Of a stretch of DNA of 64,000 bases, positions 1-16,971 are shown piece by piece. Position numbers and translations under genes: made by a program. Each line of letters begins with the position of its first letter. Position 1 is the stretch's first letter. Source of the stretch: the human T2T-CHM13v2.0 reference genome, Homo sapiens; the NCBI RefSeq assembly GCF_009914755.1, contig NC_060938.1; one strand, written 5' to 3'. A model generated the notes under the pieces. It ran no database searches. It was not told the DNA's origin and saw nothing but the letters and a program-made list of their open reading frames with translations.

Positions 1-176
1 CCAGCGATTACCCCACAGCCCACCAACTGCATCCTGAGTGTCCGTGACAGACTCTGACACCTGTGGGCTAAGGGGTATGCACAGAAATGCTCATAGCACA
101 ATTGCTCAAAATAGCTTTAAAAAATAATAATTGAAATATCCATCAACAAGAAAATGAATAAATGAATTGTGGAATA

Positions 177-370
177 CATTAAGTCCTCGTTTAATGTCAT
201 TGATAGGTTCTTGGAAACTGCGACATTAGCAAAACAACGTATAACAAAACCAGTGTTTTTCCCTCACCAATGTTGTTGAAGGAGATGGTGTTATCTGAGG
301 ACCTGCTCTATGTCATTTCGCTTACAGTTGTAGTTTCTAAGAACCTGTGGACGCTGAGTAGGACGTACTG
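177..370 (-). mobile_element. MER6B-like TcMar-Tigger MITE
   Basis: Long terminal inverted repeats (GATAGGTTCTTGGAAACTGCGAC ... GTTGTAGTTTCTAAGAACCTGT), flanked by TA on both sides. Confidence 0.7.
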
Positions 371-988
371 TACCATTCAGCAGTAGAAATGAATTAGTGC
401 GACAGCTTCTTTTTATCAAGAAGGATAAATCTGAGAAACATAGTGTTAAGTGAGAAAAAGCAAAAGAGTACAATTAGCATCATACATTTTAATAAAAATG
501 AAAGATAAACAATACTAAATTATATTGTCTTTAGAGATACATAGATATGTGATTAAACCAACAAAAAAGTGAGGAAATGATAAAGGCAAAATGCAGTCCA
601 GTGGTTCCATCTGGGGCACAAGGGGGCAGGAAGTGTTAGGAGCACAGGAGAACATTGGTTGGGTGACTGATGATTTCTTTCCTAAGTTTGGGGATGGGTT
701 CCCAGGTGTACCTTTCCTTGCTAGGCTTCATAACTGCATGGATATATGTACATATACACAGTGGTGCACTGCATAACAACATTTCAGTCATTGACGGACT
801 GCATGTATGACAGTGGTCGCAGAAGATTATAATGGAGCTGAAAAAATTCCTATCAGCTGGTGTCTTAGCGCCACACATTACGTGTTCTGTTTTTAGATAG
901 ACAAACAGTCATCATTATGTTACAGGTGCCTACAGTGTTAAGTACAGTCATATGGAGTACAGGTTTGCAGTCCAGGGGCAATAGGCTA

Positions 989-1491
<503 letters not shown>

Positions 1492-1914
1492 GGCTAGACT
1501 ATGTGGGTGTGTCATAGGCTGTGCCATCTAGGTTTGTGTAAGTACGCTCTATGATGTTCACACAACGAAGACATCGCCTAATGACATATTTCTCAAACAT
1601 CCCTGTCACTAAGTGACCTGTGACTCTATATATAGCATATTCTTTTGTTTGTGTCAGATATTTCATAATTTCAGAAAGAAAAAATATCAAGCTTGGGGGC
1701 AGGAAGGGACATTGGTGCCTCTGATGGGTTTAGAGAAATTCTGAAAAGGCAACAATATAGATGGGTTGCTGTGAAGCTCATTCATTCAGGATGTGGACTG
1801 AGCACAGCAATCAGACGTCAGAAGCAACAGAATCAGAGCAGGGAAAGGATGAGCAGACCTGGATTCTTCACCTTCTGCCTCAGTTTCCTCTCCTCCAAAA
1901 CGGGAGTTGTAATA

Positions 1915-2559
<645 letters not shown>

Positions 2560-2880
2560 TATCTGCCACTCATGGTTGTTGTAAGGATTAGACACGAGAG
2601 TGGGATCAAGTGCCAGGCACAGTGCAGGCTGTGTGAGTACTCAGTGAATGGTTCCCTGTGTGCTAATGGGGCACACACCTGTGAGGGTGTGGTCGGGCCT
2701 CTGTTGGTACAGGGATGACAGTGTGGTTTGACAAAAAACAAACAGTAGAAAGGGTGAAAAATCAATTATTGTCTTAGCCAAAAAATTCTTGTTGTACTTA
2801 ATATTAAGGGTTGACAACTGCATTACTTTAAATCAGTCCATGTCTGTTTTTTGTTCTTTCTTTCTTTCTTCTAATTTTAG

Positions 2881-3193
2881 TACTGGGAAATTTGGTGCTT
2901 GTTTTATACCAGGACTCTGTAAGCAAAGTGATCTAACCTTGTATGCGTCACGGCCCGGGCTCCGGCTATGGAAGGCTGATGTCCACGGGACTGTTCAAGC
3001 CACGTTTATCTTAAAAGATGCTTTTGCCGGGGGAGTCAAGCCTTTTGAACTGCACCCGCGTCTGGAATCCCCCAACAGTGGAAGTTGCAGCTTACCTGAG
3101 AGGCACCTGGGGCTTGTTTCATGTTTCTTTCAAGAAGGCTGGGTGCTGAGTTGGAATGAATATAGTATCTATCTCCTAGACACAGTCAACCAG
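2881..3193 (+). CDS. TECPR2: TECPR2 coding exon 6 (313 nt)
   Basis: Polypyrimidine tract + AG at 2879-2880, donor CAG|GTAAGT. Encodes (S)TGKFGACFIPGLCKQSDLTLYASRPGLRLWKADVHG...YLLDTVNQ, recognised as the TECPR2 N-terminal propeller region. Confidence 0.96.
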
Positions 3194-3346
3194 GTAAGTG
3201 AAGGGACGCCACCATATCTTCTGTGTCTATAGGCAAGAGAATGTATCTCTATAAACTGTTCTACTCAGGGACCTCAGAATGCTACCAGGAGCAGTATTGA
3301 CTTACACTTTACTTTTTCCTTTGGGCCAGTCAAGGAAATCAAATGA

Positions 3347-3696
<350 letters not shown>

Positions 3697-3799
3697 TGAA
3701 CTCCTGACCTCGTGATCTGCCCGCCTTGGCCTCCCAAATTGCTGGGATTACAGGCGTGAGCCACCATGCCTGGTTTTTTTTTTTGTTTTTTTTTTTTGA

Positions 3800-3967
<168 letters not shown>

Positions 3968-4447
3968 TAGTAGAGACAGGGTTTCACCATGTTGGCCAGG
4001 CTGGTCTCGAACTCCTGACTCAGGTGATCCGCCAGCCTCGGCCTCCCAAAGTGCTGGGGTTACAGGCGTGAACCGCCGCGCCCGGCCGCCACTTGGTTTT
4101 TTTTTTGTTTTTTGTTTTTTATTTTCAGTTTTCTTTACTTAGCAATATATCTTGGGCAAATTTCCAACATCATTAAAATCATGGTAGGAAATAATTTCTG
4201 CTTAAACCAAGATGATAACAGATTATCATCAGAGACAGATTTAGAAACTTTAAACAAAGCTGTTTAGTTTCAGTTTCTCCTTGTCTTAAGAGCAGAGCTT
4301 TTGCTCTTTTTAAAATAAACTCCCTGCCTTACCCTCCCGACTCCTCACCCCCAGACTCTAGACCAGGCCCTGTCCTGTTCACGTTCTTCCATTCTGAGCT
4401 CAGCGGGCCTCTGACAGGCACCCCTTTCTTTTATAAGCAGAGCCTCA

Positions 4448-4826
<379 letters not shown>

Positions 4827-6151
4827 TCATTGAAGTTTTATGAATTATTATCAGCCGTACCTGGTAACACTGGTTTGGCAGAAAGAAAACTGGCCCGGGG
4901 TGCGGGGCAGAACTAGACTCGACTCTTCTAGCCTGGTTCTGCCTTTAACCAAGAGTCTCTTATCGGCCGGAGCCTGGTTTGTTTTCCTGTAAAATGGGGT
5001 GGGGGTGGAAGAAGCATCGACTTAGGGGAATCACCAAGGTGCCTTGAGTTTGTTCATTTTATAAGGGATATTCTGAAAGGTATTTTTGCACCCTTTCCTC
5101 AGTTACAGAGAACTTCTTTCCCTGGATACCTTTTGAACTTATGTGCACTTATTAATTAGTAGCATCAAGATGCTTTGTAACTGTGCATTGGTTCTTTCAT
5201 CTGAGCATTTACCCGATGCTTTACCCAGTAGGTATAATTAACTTCATTTTATAGGTAGAGAAATGGAGACAGGGGACCGTCTGGGACAGATGTCACAGTC
5301 ACCCTCAGAGACTGGACCACCCAGTGGCAGCATGACTGGCAGCTTTCGGAAACAAATGTTATGTTTGCAGCAGTCCATCAGTTATTTAAAATTAGCCAAA
5401 AACATAGACTCTCCTTCTACAACAGACTAGTCTCTTTATTTGCACTGTCTACAGCAAAGCAAGGACTTGCTTTAAGTCAGTGTGGGCTCAGGATGTCCTG
5501 TGTTTTGTTGCCACCCACTTTCAGATAATGCTGGAGGAACCTCCCCTCCCTTCATGTATTCATTCAAAACCCATGAGTTGCAGTGCGCACTGGCCTCTCC
5601 TGCAGGAATGCACACAGTAGGGGGACTAGACGTGTCTGCACGTTATTTCAGCCCAGGAGTGGGGCGTCAAGCGGAAGTTTGGATGAGGTGCTGCAAGCCC
5701 TGAGAGCCCTGGGTGTTGCAGCAGAGGGCAAGCTTGTCAGAGGCTGCTTCTCACAGAGGTGGCGTCTGGAGAGAACTGGAACTTCCCCAGCAAACATGGA
5801 TAGGAAAGGAATTTGAGCAGAAAGAGAAGCACGTGCATTCACCATGGAGGAACAGGGCTGGGACTGGGCTGGCAGGGCCGGTGCACCTGCAGCAGGGACG
5901 AGGGCAGGGTGGTACGTGGGTCGGAGATGACCGAGGCCCCACCATGCCAGGGGACCCCTCAGATCCTGCTTACCAATCTGTGAGATGTTACCTAACTTTG
6001 GATTGAATTGGAATTTTCAGAAAGTTACCATAGTAAAGTGCAGTTATCATTTGACTGATTTGGACTCTCACACATGCATTTTTATGCTTTGAGCTGTTAC
6101 CGTTGTTTAGTTTTGTGTTTTTTGTTTTTTTTTTTTTTTTTTTTTTGACAG

Positions 6152-6284
6152 GCCACAATTGCTGGTTTGGAAGGATCCGGTGATATTGTGTCTGTTTCGT
6201 GCACAGAAAATGAAATATTTTTCTTGAAAGGAGATAGGAACATTATAAGAATTTCAAGCAGGCCTGAAGGATTAACATCAACAG
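6152..6284 (+). CDS. TECPR2: TECPR2 coding exon 7 (133 nt; too short for the ORF track)
   Basis: T22 tract + GACAG acceptor, donor CAG|GTTTGT. Reads ATIAGLEGSGDIVSVSCTENEIFFLKGDRNIIRISSRPEGLTST, in phase with exons 6 and 8. Confidence 0.95.
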
Positions 6285-6331
6285 GTTTGTATTTATTATA
6301 AAATGTACCATGTATATGATGGGAAGTACTA

Positions 6332-6656
<325 letters not shown>

Positions 6657-6768
6657 TCATCTCAAAAACAAAACCAAAAACTTACCATTATTTTGCTAAA
6701 CTATTGCAACTTTATTTGAACTTGGAGGATTTGGAGGGTTTCCTCTGATTCTTTTTTTTTTTTTTTGA

Positions 6769-6873
<105 letters not shown>

Positions 6874-7749
6874 TGAGTAGCTGGGATTACAGGCATGCGC
6901 CATTATGCCAGGCTAATTTTGTATTTTTAGTAGAGACAGGGTTTCTCCATGTTGGTCAGGCAGGTCTCAAACTCCCGACCTCAGGCGATCCGCCTGCCTC
7001 CGCCTCCCAAAGTGCTGGGATTAAAGGCGTGAGCCACTGTGCCCGGCCGCTCCTCTGATTGTTAAAATAGCATTTACAGTACATTTCTTGAAAGTCACCT
7101 ACTTTAAGGCTTACATCAGATAGTCTCACATTTAGTGGAGTTGCTTTCATGGTTGTGGAAGATGGGGAGATTGAGAAAGGAGGAAGGAAAAATCAGAAAC
7201 CACTTTACTGATCCCTGCTCTCCGTCTGAGACAGTATGTGGGATTAATGCTCCAAAAGACATAGATTTGCATAGAGTTTTAGAATATTTAAATCTGTCAT
7301 CTGGGACATACCGTTTACCCTTAACTCAGTTCTTCCTTGTAGGATTTATTTTTCTCTGTGCTTTTGACATTTTTTGGTAATTCATACAAGCCCAAATTTT
7401 AATGAGCAAAGAATCCTAATATGTGTCCTCTTGCGGACATCCACATGCTTTATATATTTGGGTTCCTCGGGGAACTTGTTCCTCATGGTGGCAACAACAG
7501 CCATGTGGACCCCATCACCCTCCTCCTCACTACCATTACCTCTGATGTCAGAGAGGGCAAATTGGGGTGAATATTCCAAAACATAATTTGTATAAGAAGT
7601 GAATAAGCTCTGACTCTTGAGTTTATGAGCTGGGGGCCCCTCAGACAGTGTCATCAAAGGGTTAGAATGGCTTTCAGGAAGGGTGGTGACTTGGAGCCAC
7701 CAGGCTAAGCTCTGGACCTCTGCTGCCCATAGAGCTTTCTGCAGTGATG

Positions 7750-8256
<507 letters not shown>

Positions 8257-8887
8257 GCAAGATCTGCCATTAAGTTATGTAATCTTCAGCAAGTCGCTTC
8301 ACAGCAGAGTCCTCCCCTCCAGTCTCCAGTGTACACTTCATTGCCTGCAGTCTGCCCCTAACACATGCCCTCAATAGAATGTGGGTGCTTCAAGGGCAGG
8401 AATTCCTGTGTCTTATGGACTGCCATGTCCCAGCAGCTAGCCCTGTGTCTGGCACACGGAGGATCCCCGATAAAGAGAGGATGGCGAATGGATCAAAGTG
8501 GGCTGTGGTCTTGTGTTGAGGGTACTGTAGCTGGAACTGCTCTGGCCTTGTGCCCTGTGGTGTCGTGTTGCAGAAAAGATGAGTCCACTGCAGTGGGAAG
8601 CTCACTGGCCCTTGGGCTTGGGGACAGGAGACAGGTACTCACATGCCTGTTCTCACTCTGCGGTCTACTGGCCTTGATGCTGTGTGGTAATGGACTTCTC
8701 TGTCTTGAGTTTGTTCTAATGGAAAATTACCTTTCCCTCTTCCAGGAAACTTAATTACAGGTACACATGTATTTTTCAAATGCCCTTTGAGTAATCTTAA
8801 AGTATATTCAAGGCAGAGTCTTAGTATGAAGTATAACTAAGCTGTTTTGTTATACACAGGCATCTCTCATTTGTAAATAATTTGTAA

Positions 8888-9115
<228 letters not shown>

Positions 9116-9209
9116 TAAATAAATAAATAAATATAAAAAGAAAGCTATGGCAAATTATTTTACTGATTTTAATATATGAGCTTCTTGAAGAACAAAAACT
9201 GTTTCTTAG

Positions 9210-9449
<240 letters not shown>

Positions 9450-9697
9450 TAGCCAGGATGGTCTTGATCTCCTGACCTTGTGATCCGCCCGCCTTGGCCT
9501 CCCAAAGTGCTGGGATTACAGGTGTGAGTCACCGTGCCCATCCTAGTTTTGCTGGTTTCTATGAATTTAGAATCATTCAGTTCTTTAGCTGGCTGGTGCC
9601 TCTGTGACAACTGGTATTTAGGGCTAGCAAACGTGGATAAGTGCACATCAGCTCTCTCTTGGATCACCAGTGGTAAAACCAGACTCTTCTTTCTTAG

Positions 9698-10030
9698 TGA
9701 GAGATGGTCTGGAGATGTCTGGATGCTCAGAGCGTGTCCACGTGCAGCAAGCGGAGAAGCTGCCAGGGGCCACAGTTTCTGAGACGAGGCTCAGAGGCTC
9801 TTCCATGGCCAGCTCCGTGGCCAGCGAGCCAAGGAGCAGGAGCAGCTCGCTCAACTCCACCGACAGCGGCTCCGGGCTCCTGCCCCCTGGGCTCCAGGCC
9901 ACCCCTGAGCTGGGCAAGGGCAGCCAGCCCCTGTCACAGAGATTCAACGCCATCAGCTCAGAGGACTTTGACCAGGAGCTTGTCGTGAAGCCTATCAAAG
10001 TGAAAAGGAAGAAGAAGAAGAAGAAGACAG
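9698..10030 (+). CDS. TECPR2: TECPR2 coding exon 8 (333 nt, phase 1-1)
   Basis: TTCTTTCTTAG acceptor, donor CAG|GTACCC. Encodes (V)[13 protein letters not shown]...[22 protein letters not shown]. Confidence 0.95.
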
Positions 10031-10200
10031 GTACCCTCTGTAGCTGGCACACACCCATCTGGGGTTACAGTCTTTCCAGATTCTCTGGGAGTGCTGCTGC
10101 TCACTGAGTGAGCAATGCTCCATACATCCAAAAGCAGAGAACACATACATTTCTTCCCCAAAGGAGTTTTACTGCAAAATACTTCACATTAACGGAAAAT

Positions 10201-10223
10201 ACACACACACACACACACACACA
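10201..10223. repeat. (AC)n microsatellite
   Basis: About 11 AC units. Confidence 0.95.
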
Positions 10224-10688
10224 CTGTAAGGTCTAAATGATGACAGAACACCTGTGTGTACTCACCACCCTGCTTAAAGGGTCTCAGTTTTGTACTTTTC
10301 AATATTTATTTATGTATTTATATTATTTATTTATTTTTTGCGACAGAGTTTCGCTCGTCGCCCAGGCTGGAGTGCAATGGCACGATCTCGGCTCACTGCA
10401 ACCTCACCTCCTGAGTTCAAGCGATTCTCCTGCCTCAGCCTCCCGAGTATGCATGCCCAGCGAATTTTGTATTTTTAGTAGATACAGGGTTTCTCCATGT
10501 TGGTCAGGCTGGTCTTGAACTCCCAAACTCAGGTGATCTGCCCGCCTCGGCCTCCCAAAGTGCTGGGATTACAGCGTGAGCCACCGCGCCTGGCATAGTT
10601 TTTAGTATTTAAATTAAAATGTCGGGGCCGGGCGCAGTGGCTCATGCCTGTAATCCCAACACTTTGGGAGGCCGAGGCAGGCGGATCA

Positions 10689-10931
<243 letters not shown>

Positions 10932-11082
10932 TTATCCATGTATACCATTGATTAAATCAGAGATTCTGTGAGCCTGGGTGGAAAGTTGTGGAAACCAGAA
11001 GATCTATGCTGGTAAATACTTGGGACATTTTATGTTTAGTGTTGAATATGCTACCAAATATGGGATTTAACATTGAATTTTT

Positions 11083-11754
<672 letters not shown>

Positions 11755-12136
11755 TAACACTGAATTTTTCAAACCTTTTACTCCTTGGTTCCTGTTAATC
11801 CTCTCTAGCTAAGATGACTGCAACACTGAAGGAAATGTTATTAGATTTCTAAGCATTTTAATAATTATAAGGAATTGGTTTGTGACCCAGGTGAACATCT
11901 CAGTTTGTCCCCTGGTTTTTCTTAGCTGCCCTCAAACCCATGGATTTGTTCAGTACTTGCATGCATAGAAAGCATCTCTTTGTTGGGATTATTTGTACTT
12001 AAGAGGTTTATTCTTCATTCACCAAATATCCTTTATTTAAAATTTTTTTTCTTGAGCCAAAAATATGTGTGCAAGTTAGTCTCTTACTAATCATATAGAA
12101 CCGTGCCTTATTTTGAATGTTCTTATTCTGAATTAG

Positions 12137-13113
12137 AAGGTGGAAGCAGGAGCACCTGTCACAGCTCCCTGGAATCGACACCCTGCTCCGAATTTCCTGG
12201 GGACAGTCCCCAGTCCTTGAACACAGACTTGCTGTCGATGACCTCAAGTGTCCTGGGCAGTAGCGTGGATCAGTTAAGTGCAGAGTCTCCAGACCAGGAA
12301 AGCAGCTTCAATGGTGAAGTGAACGGTGTCCCACAGGAAAATACTGACCCCGAAACGTTTAATGTCCTGGAGGTGTCAGGATCAATGCCTGATTCTCTGG
12401 CTGAGGAAGATGACATTAGAACTGAAATGCCACACTGTCACCATGCACATGGGCGGGAGCTGCTCAATGGAGCGAGGGAAGATGTGGGAGGCAGTGATGT
12501 CACGGGACTCGGAGATGAGCCGTGTCCTGCAGATGATGGACCAAATAGCACACAGTTACCCTTCCAAGAACAGGACAGCTCTCCTGGGGCGCATGATGGG
12601 GAAGACATCCAACCCATTGGCCCCCAAAGCACTTTTTGTGAAGTCCCCCTCCTGAACTCACTCACTGTGCCTTCCAGCCTCAGCTGGGCCCCAAGTGCTG
12701 AACAGTGGCTGCCTGGGACCAGAGCTGATGAAGGCAGCCCCGTGGAGCCCAGCCAAGAGCAGGACATCCTAACCAGCATGGAGGCCTCTGGCCACCTCAG
12801 CACAAATCTCTGGCATGCTGTCACTGATGATGACACAGGTCAGAAAGAAATACCCATTTCTGAACGTGTCTTGGGGAGTGTGGGAGGACAGCTGACTCCG
12901 GTCTCTGCCTTGGCAGCCAGCACTCACAAGCCCTGGCTTGAGCAGCCTCCACGGGATCAGACATTGACGTCCAGCGATGAGGAGGACATCTATGCCCACG
13001 GGCTTCCTTCTTCATCCTCAGAGACGAGTGTGACAGAGCTCGGACCTAGTTGCTCCCAGCAGGACCTGAGCCGGCTGGGTGCAGAGGACGCCGGGCTGCT
13101 CAAGCCAGATCAG
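12137..13113 (+). CDS. TECPR2: TECPR2 coding exon 9 (977 nt), acidic Ser/Pro-rich linker
   Basis: Lies within the 346-aa ORF 12103-13143. Acceptor AATTAG, donor CAG|GTATGT. Encodes (E)GGSRSTCHSSLES...AGLLKPDQ, in phase with its neighbours. Confidence 0.95.
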
Positions 13114-15162
13114 GTATGTGGGTTCGGGTGGTGGGAAAAGTAGCTGAGGCTTCTTTCTTAAGGGTAATAATTGTCAAGACTGATTATTTTCCTTCTCATG
13201 GAAAGAAATTCTATTCCTACTGCAAAATCCGTAGGCCAACTCTGTTTTCAAGTCTGGGTTTCAGGGGATTTCCAGCACAGGGACTATGAATGGCTTGAAC
13301 TACTTCTGACCTGTTCTACCCTGCTCAGTAACCTGCCTCCCCAACCAAGGTAGCGTCTTGCTGTTTCCTCTGACCCCACAAGTGCAGGCTGGTGTAGGCA
13401 CTTACTGTTAGCCATCGTAGGGCAGGGCTGAATTGGCCTGGGGCCATCTCAGAAAACCAGTGGGCAGAGGACTGTCCACCTGTGGAGTAGAGAAAGCTCT
13501 GAGCAGTTTGGAGGCAGGGAGTCTCCTGTCCTTCTCCTCACACCCCTCCAAGGAACCATCTGCAAGAGCACGAGGCCATTTCCAGAACTGCTGTCTCCTC
13601 AACCTCCGAACAGTGGCTCCAAGGCTCCCCTGCGAGCTGTACAGGAACCAGTTTGGAGTAACCAGTCTTTGTAGGTCCACCCAGCACATGTAACTAGGAG
13701 ATGACTTTTAACTGTCCTTGAGCATTTTATATTAAAAGTGATTTTTTTAAAAGTGCCTACTTCCCTTAGCAAGTAATTATTACTAGATATATTTGTTTCA
13801 AAACTGTGTCTTGCCCTGTCTCCTACTAACTGTCGATGTGAGGTATGAATTATGGCTGCGCACTTACAGCCACGTGTGCTTTCCACAGTCTACGCTGGCT
13901 TCTGTCAGTGCTAGCAGTGTGACGCTTTGTCAGTGCTCACCATGTGCAGGTATCCCACAAAGCACTTTAGAGGTTTAACTCTTTTACTTCTCTAAACACG
14001 AACTATAAAATAGGCACTCTTCTTGTCCCCATTTTACAGAGGAGAAAATGGAAGCACAGAACAGCTAGACAGCTTGCACAAGGTCACATAGCAAATGAAG
14101 GGCGGGCCCCAGGACCCCCTCACTCACCCTCTGTGCTGTCATGCCTCAGAAGTGAAACATGCTGCTTACTTGTTTTGAGACAAAACGCCATAAGTCTGGC
14201 TTTTTTTTCTTCTTTCTTTCTTTTTTTTTTTTTTTTCTGAGACAGGGTCTCACTCTGTCACCCAGGATGGAGCGCAGTGGCGCAATCATGGCTCATTGCT
14301 GCCTCGACCTCCCCAAGCTCAAGTGATCCACCTGCCTCAGCTTCCTGAGTCACTGGGACTACAGGCATGTGCCACCATGCCCAGCTAATTTTTGTATTTT
14401 TTGTAGAGAAGGGGTTTTGCCATATTGCCCAAGCTGGTCTCGAACTCCTGAGCTCAAGCAATCTGCCTGCCTCGGCTTCCCAAAGTGCTGGGATTACAGG
14501 TGTGAGCTGCTGTGCCTGGCCAAGGGTGGCCTTTTATTCAGTCATCCGGCATTTATCTTTTCAACCCAGTGGTTCTTGAGTGGCCTTGACTGTCAGCCTC
14601 TGTGATTATGCTGGGGACCACAGTGCAGATGGCAGCTAGTTGTGGATTCCATCTTCCTGAGCCTCAGAGTCTTGAGGGGGAGCCAGGTACATGTTCACAT
14701 CCTCGCAGTTGAGTGGGACTCAGGTGAGGGTACTGAGCAAAGTACAGGGCTGCAGGAAGCGCAAGCAGCATGGCCCCCTAATGTCTGGGCGTTAGCCAGG
14801 CAGACTGTCGGTGGGGTGGGGTATTGGAATTCTAGGCCAGAAATTTAGGAAAGCCCTCACTTAGGTGACAGGGATCCTGGCCCTTTGAGCCCCTGACTCT
14901 CTAACTTCCTCCCTTCCTCATCCCACTCCAGGTAGCTGGGAAGCCAAGAAATTTTATGGTGTATTTTTATTTGGAGGTTCGGTGTGGAAGTAAGACTTGC
15001 CATGGTGAGCAGGGCTGGATTGAGAAGAGTTGGGCACCATTTTCTTTGAAGTAGTTAACTTCTATGTGGGTATCTGTACAAATACATTTATCTTCTTTGC
15101 ATTTATTGAAAAGTATTAAAGTACAAAGACTTTATTTAGCTTTGATTTTTAAAAGAATTCTA

Positions 15163-15339
<177 letters not shown>

Positions 15340-15923
15340 TCAGGAGCCTGAGGCAGGAGAATTGCGACTTGCTTGAACCCAGGAGGCGGAGGTTGCAGTG
15401 AGCCGAGATTGTGCCCCTGTACTCCAGCCTGGGCGACAGAGCGAGTCTCTGTCTCAAAAAGGAAAAAAAAAAGAAAATATGGTGGAAAAAAGAAAGACAG
15501 TGGTAGTGCCATATATCCAGTGCCTCTGTAATGATTAGACTACAAAAAATTGACTTGCATCCAAATGTTGAAGAACCTGGCTCTTTGTGTAAGGTGAGGT
15601 ATGCCTGCAGAATAATAGCAGCTCCTTCGTAACGTGATGTGATGCTCTAAGCGTTACATTTGCAAAGGTGTTAGAACAGGAGAAAATGTCATCCAGGGAC
15701 TCCAGGGAGTCTTTGTAGGGAGACAGCAGCACGCGTCTCAGAACGTTTGTAGTAGAGGGGTGTCCACAGATAGCAGGGGTTGGGAGAAGGGTTGACTTGG
15801 CGTCTTGCTGACCCGTTTTACCGTCTCGTGTTAATGATATCCTCTCACCTTTCTTACTGAGAACAGTAAGCCAAATGTGGCTGTGTCCTCTGCCACAGAA
15901 CTCACTGGCTCTTCCCTTGTTAG

Positions 15924-16107
15924 TTTGCAGAAAGCTGGATGGGCTACTCGGGTCCCGGCTATGGCATCCTCAGCTTGGTGGTCTCCGAGAAGTATATCTG
16001 GTGCCTGGACTACAAAGGCGGCCTGTTCTGCAGCGCGTTGCCGGGCGCCGGGCTGCGCTGGCAGAAGTTTGAAGATGCTGTCCAGCAGGTGGCAGTCTCG
16101 CCCTCAG
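15924..16107 (+). CDS. TECPR2: TECPR2 coding exon 10 (184 nt)
   Basis: CTTCCCTTGTTAG acceptor, donor CAG|GTTCGC. Encodes FAESWMGYSGPGYGILSLVVSEKYIWCLDYKGGLFC...VAVSPS. Confidence 0.93.
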
Positions 16108-16116
16108 GTTCGCCTC

Positions 16117-16172
16117 CCCGCTCCCTGCTCCCGCTCCCTGCTCCCGCTCGCCGCTCCTGCTCCCCGCCCCCG
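16117..16172. repeat. C-rich degenerate 13-bp tandem repeat (CCCGCTCCCTGCT) just after the exon 10 donor
   Basis: Two perfect and about two degenerate units. Confidence 0.8.
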
Positions 16173-16656
16173 GGGTGCAGACATCTTAGTACAGGGCTCC
16201 CCTGCAGCAGCTCTGGGCTCACGCTGCCGTGCGTTCACCAGGTTTGCCTCTTCAGGAACGTTTGAGGGGTTGTCTCCAAAGAACGTGAATTGCTTCATTG
16301 GATGTCAATTCGTAGTGTAAATGGGTGTTCAGTTTGAGTTTTTGTTTTCTTTATTAATTGCAATGGTAAGCTCTGATCGTATTTTTGTAAGCTAGACAAA
16401 AAGTTTGAAAATTGAGGGACTTTTTTAGGGATATTAATATACTAACTCTTCATAAAAATAATACGTGTTTCTCTTTCTCATTGTTGCTTTAAAGCAACCG
16501 AACTAACGAAGACGGGCCTATGGATATGTTGGATATATTCCAATTATTTGGCTTCCTCTTTAGGAATTCTGTTTTAATGAGCTCTCTGCTGTGGGTGAAC
16601 AGTCTACTCCCTGACTCTAAAAGGAAAGTCCATTCATTCTTTCATGCTGCTCTTAG

Positions 16657-16971
<315 letters not shown>

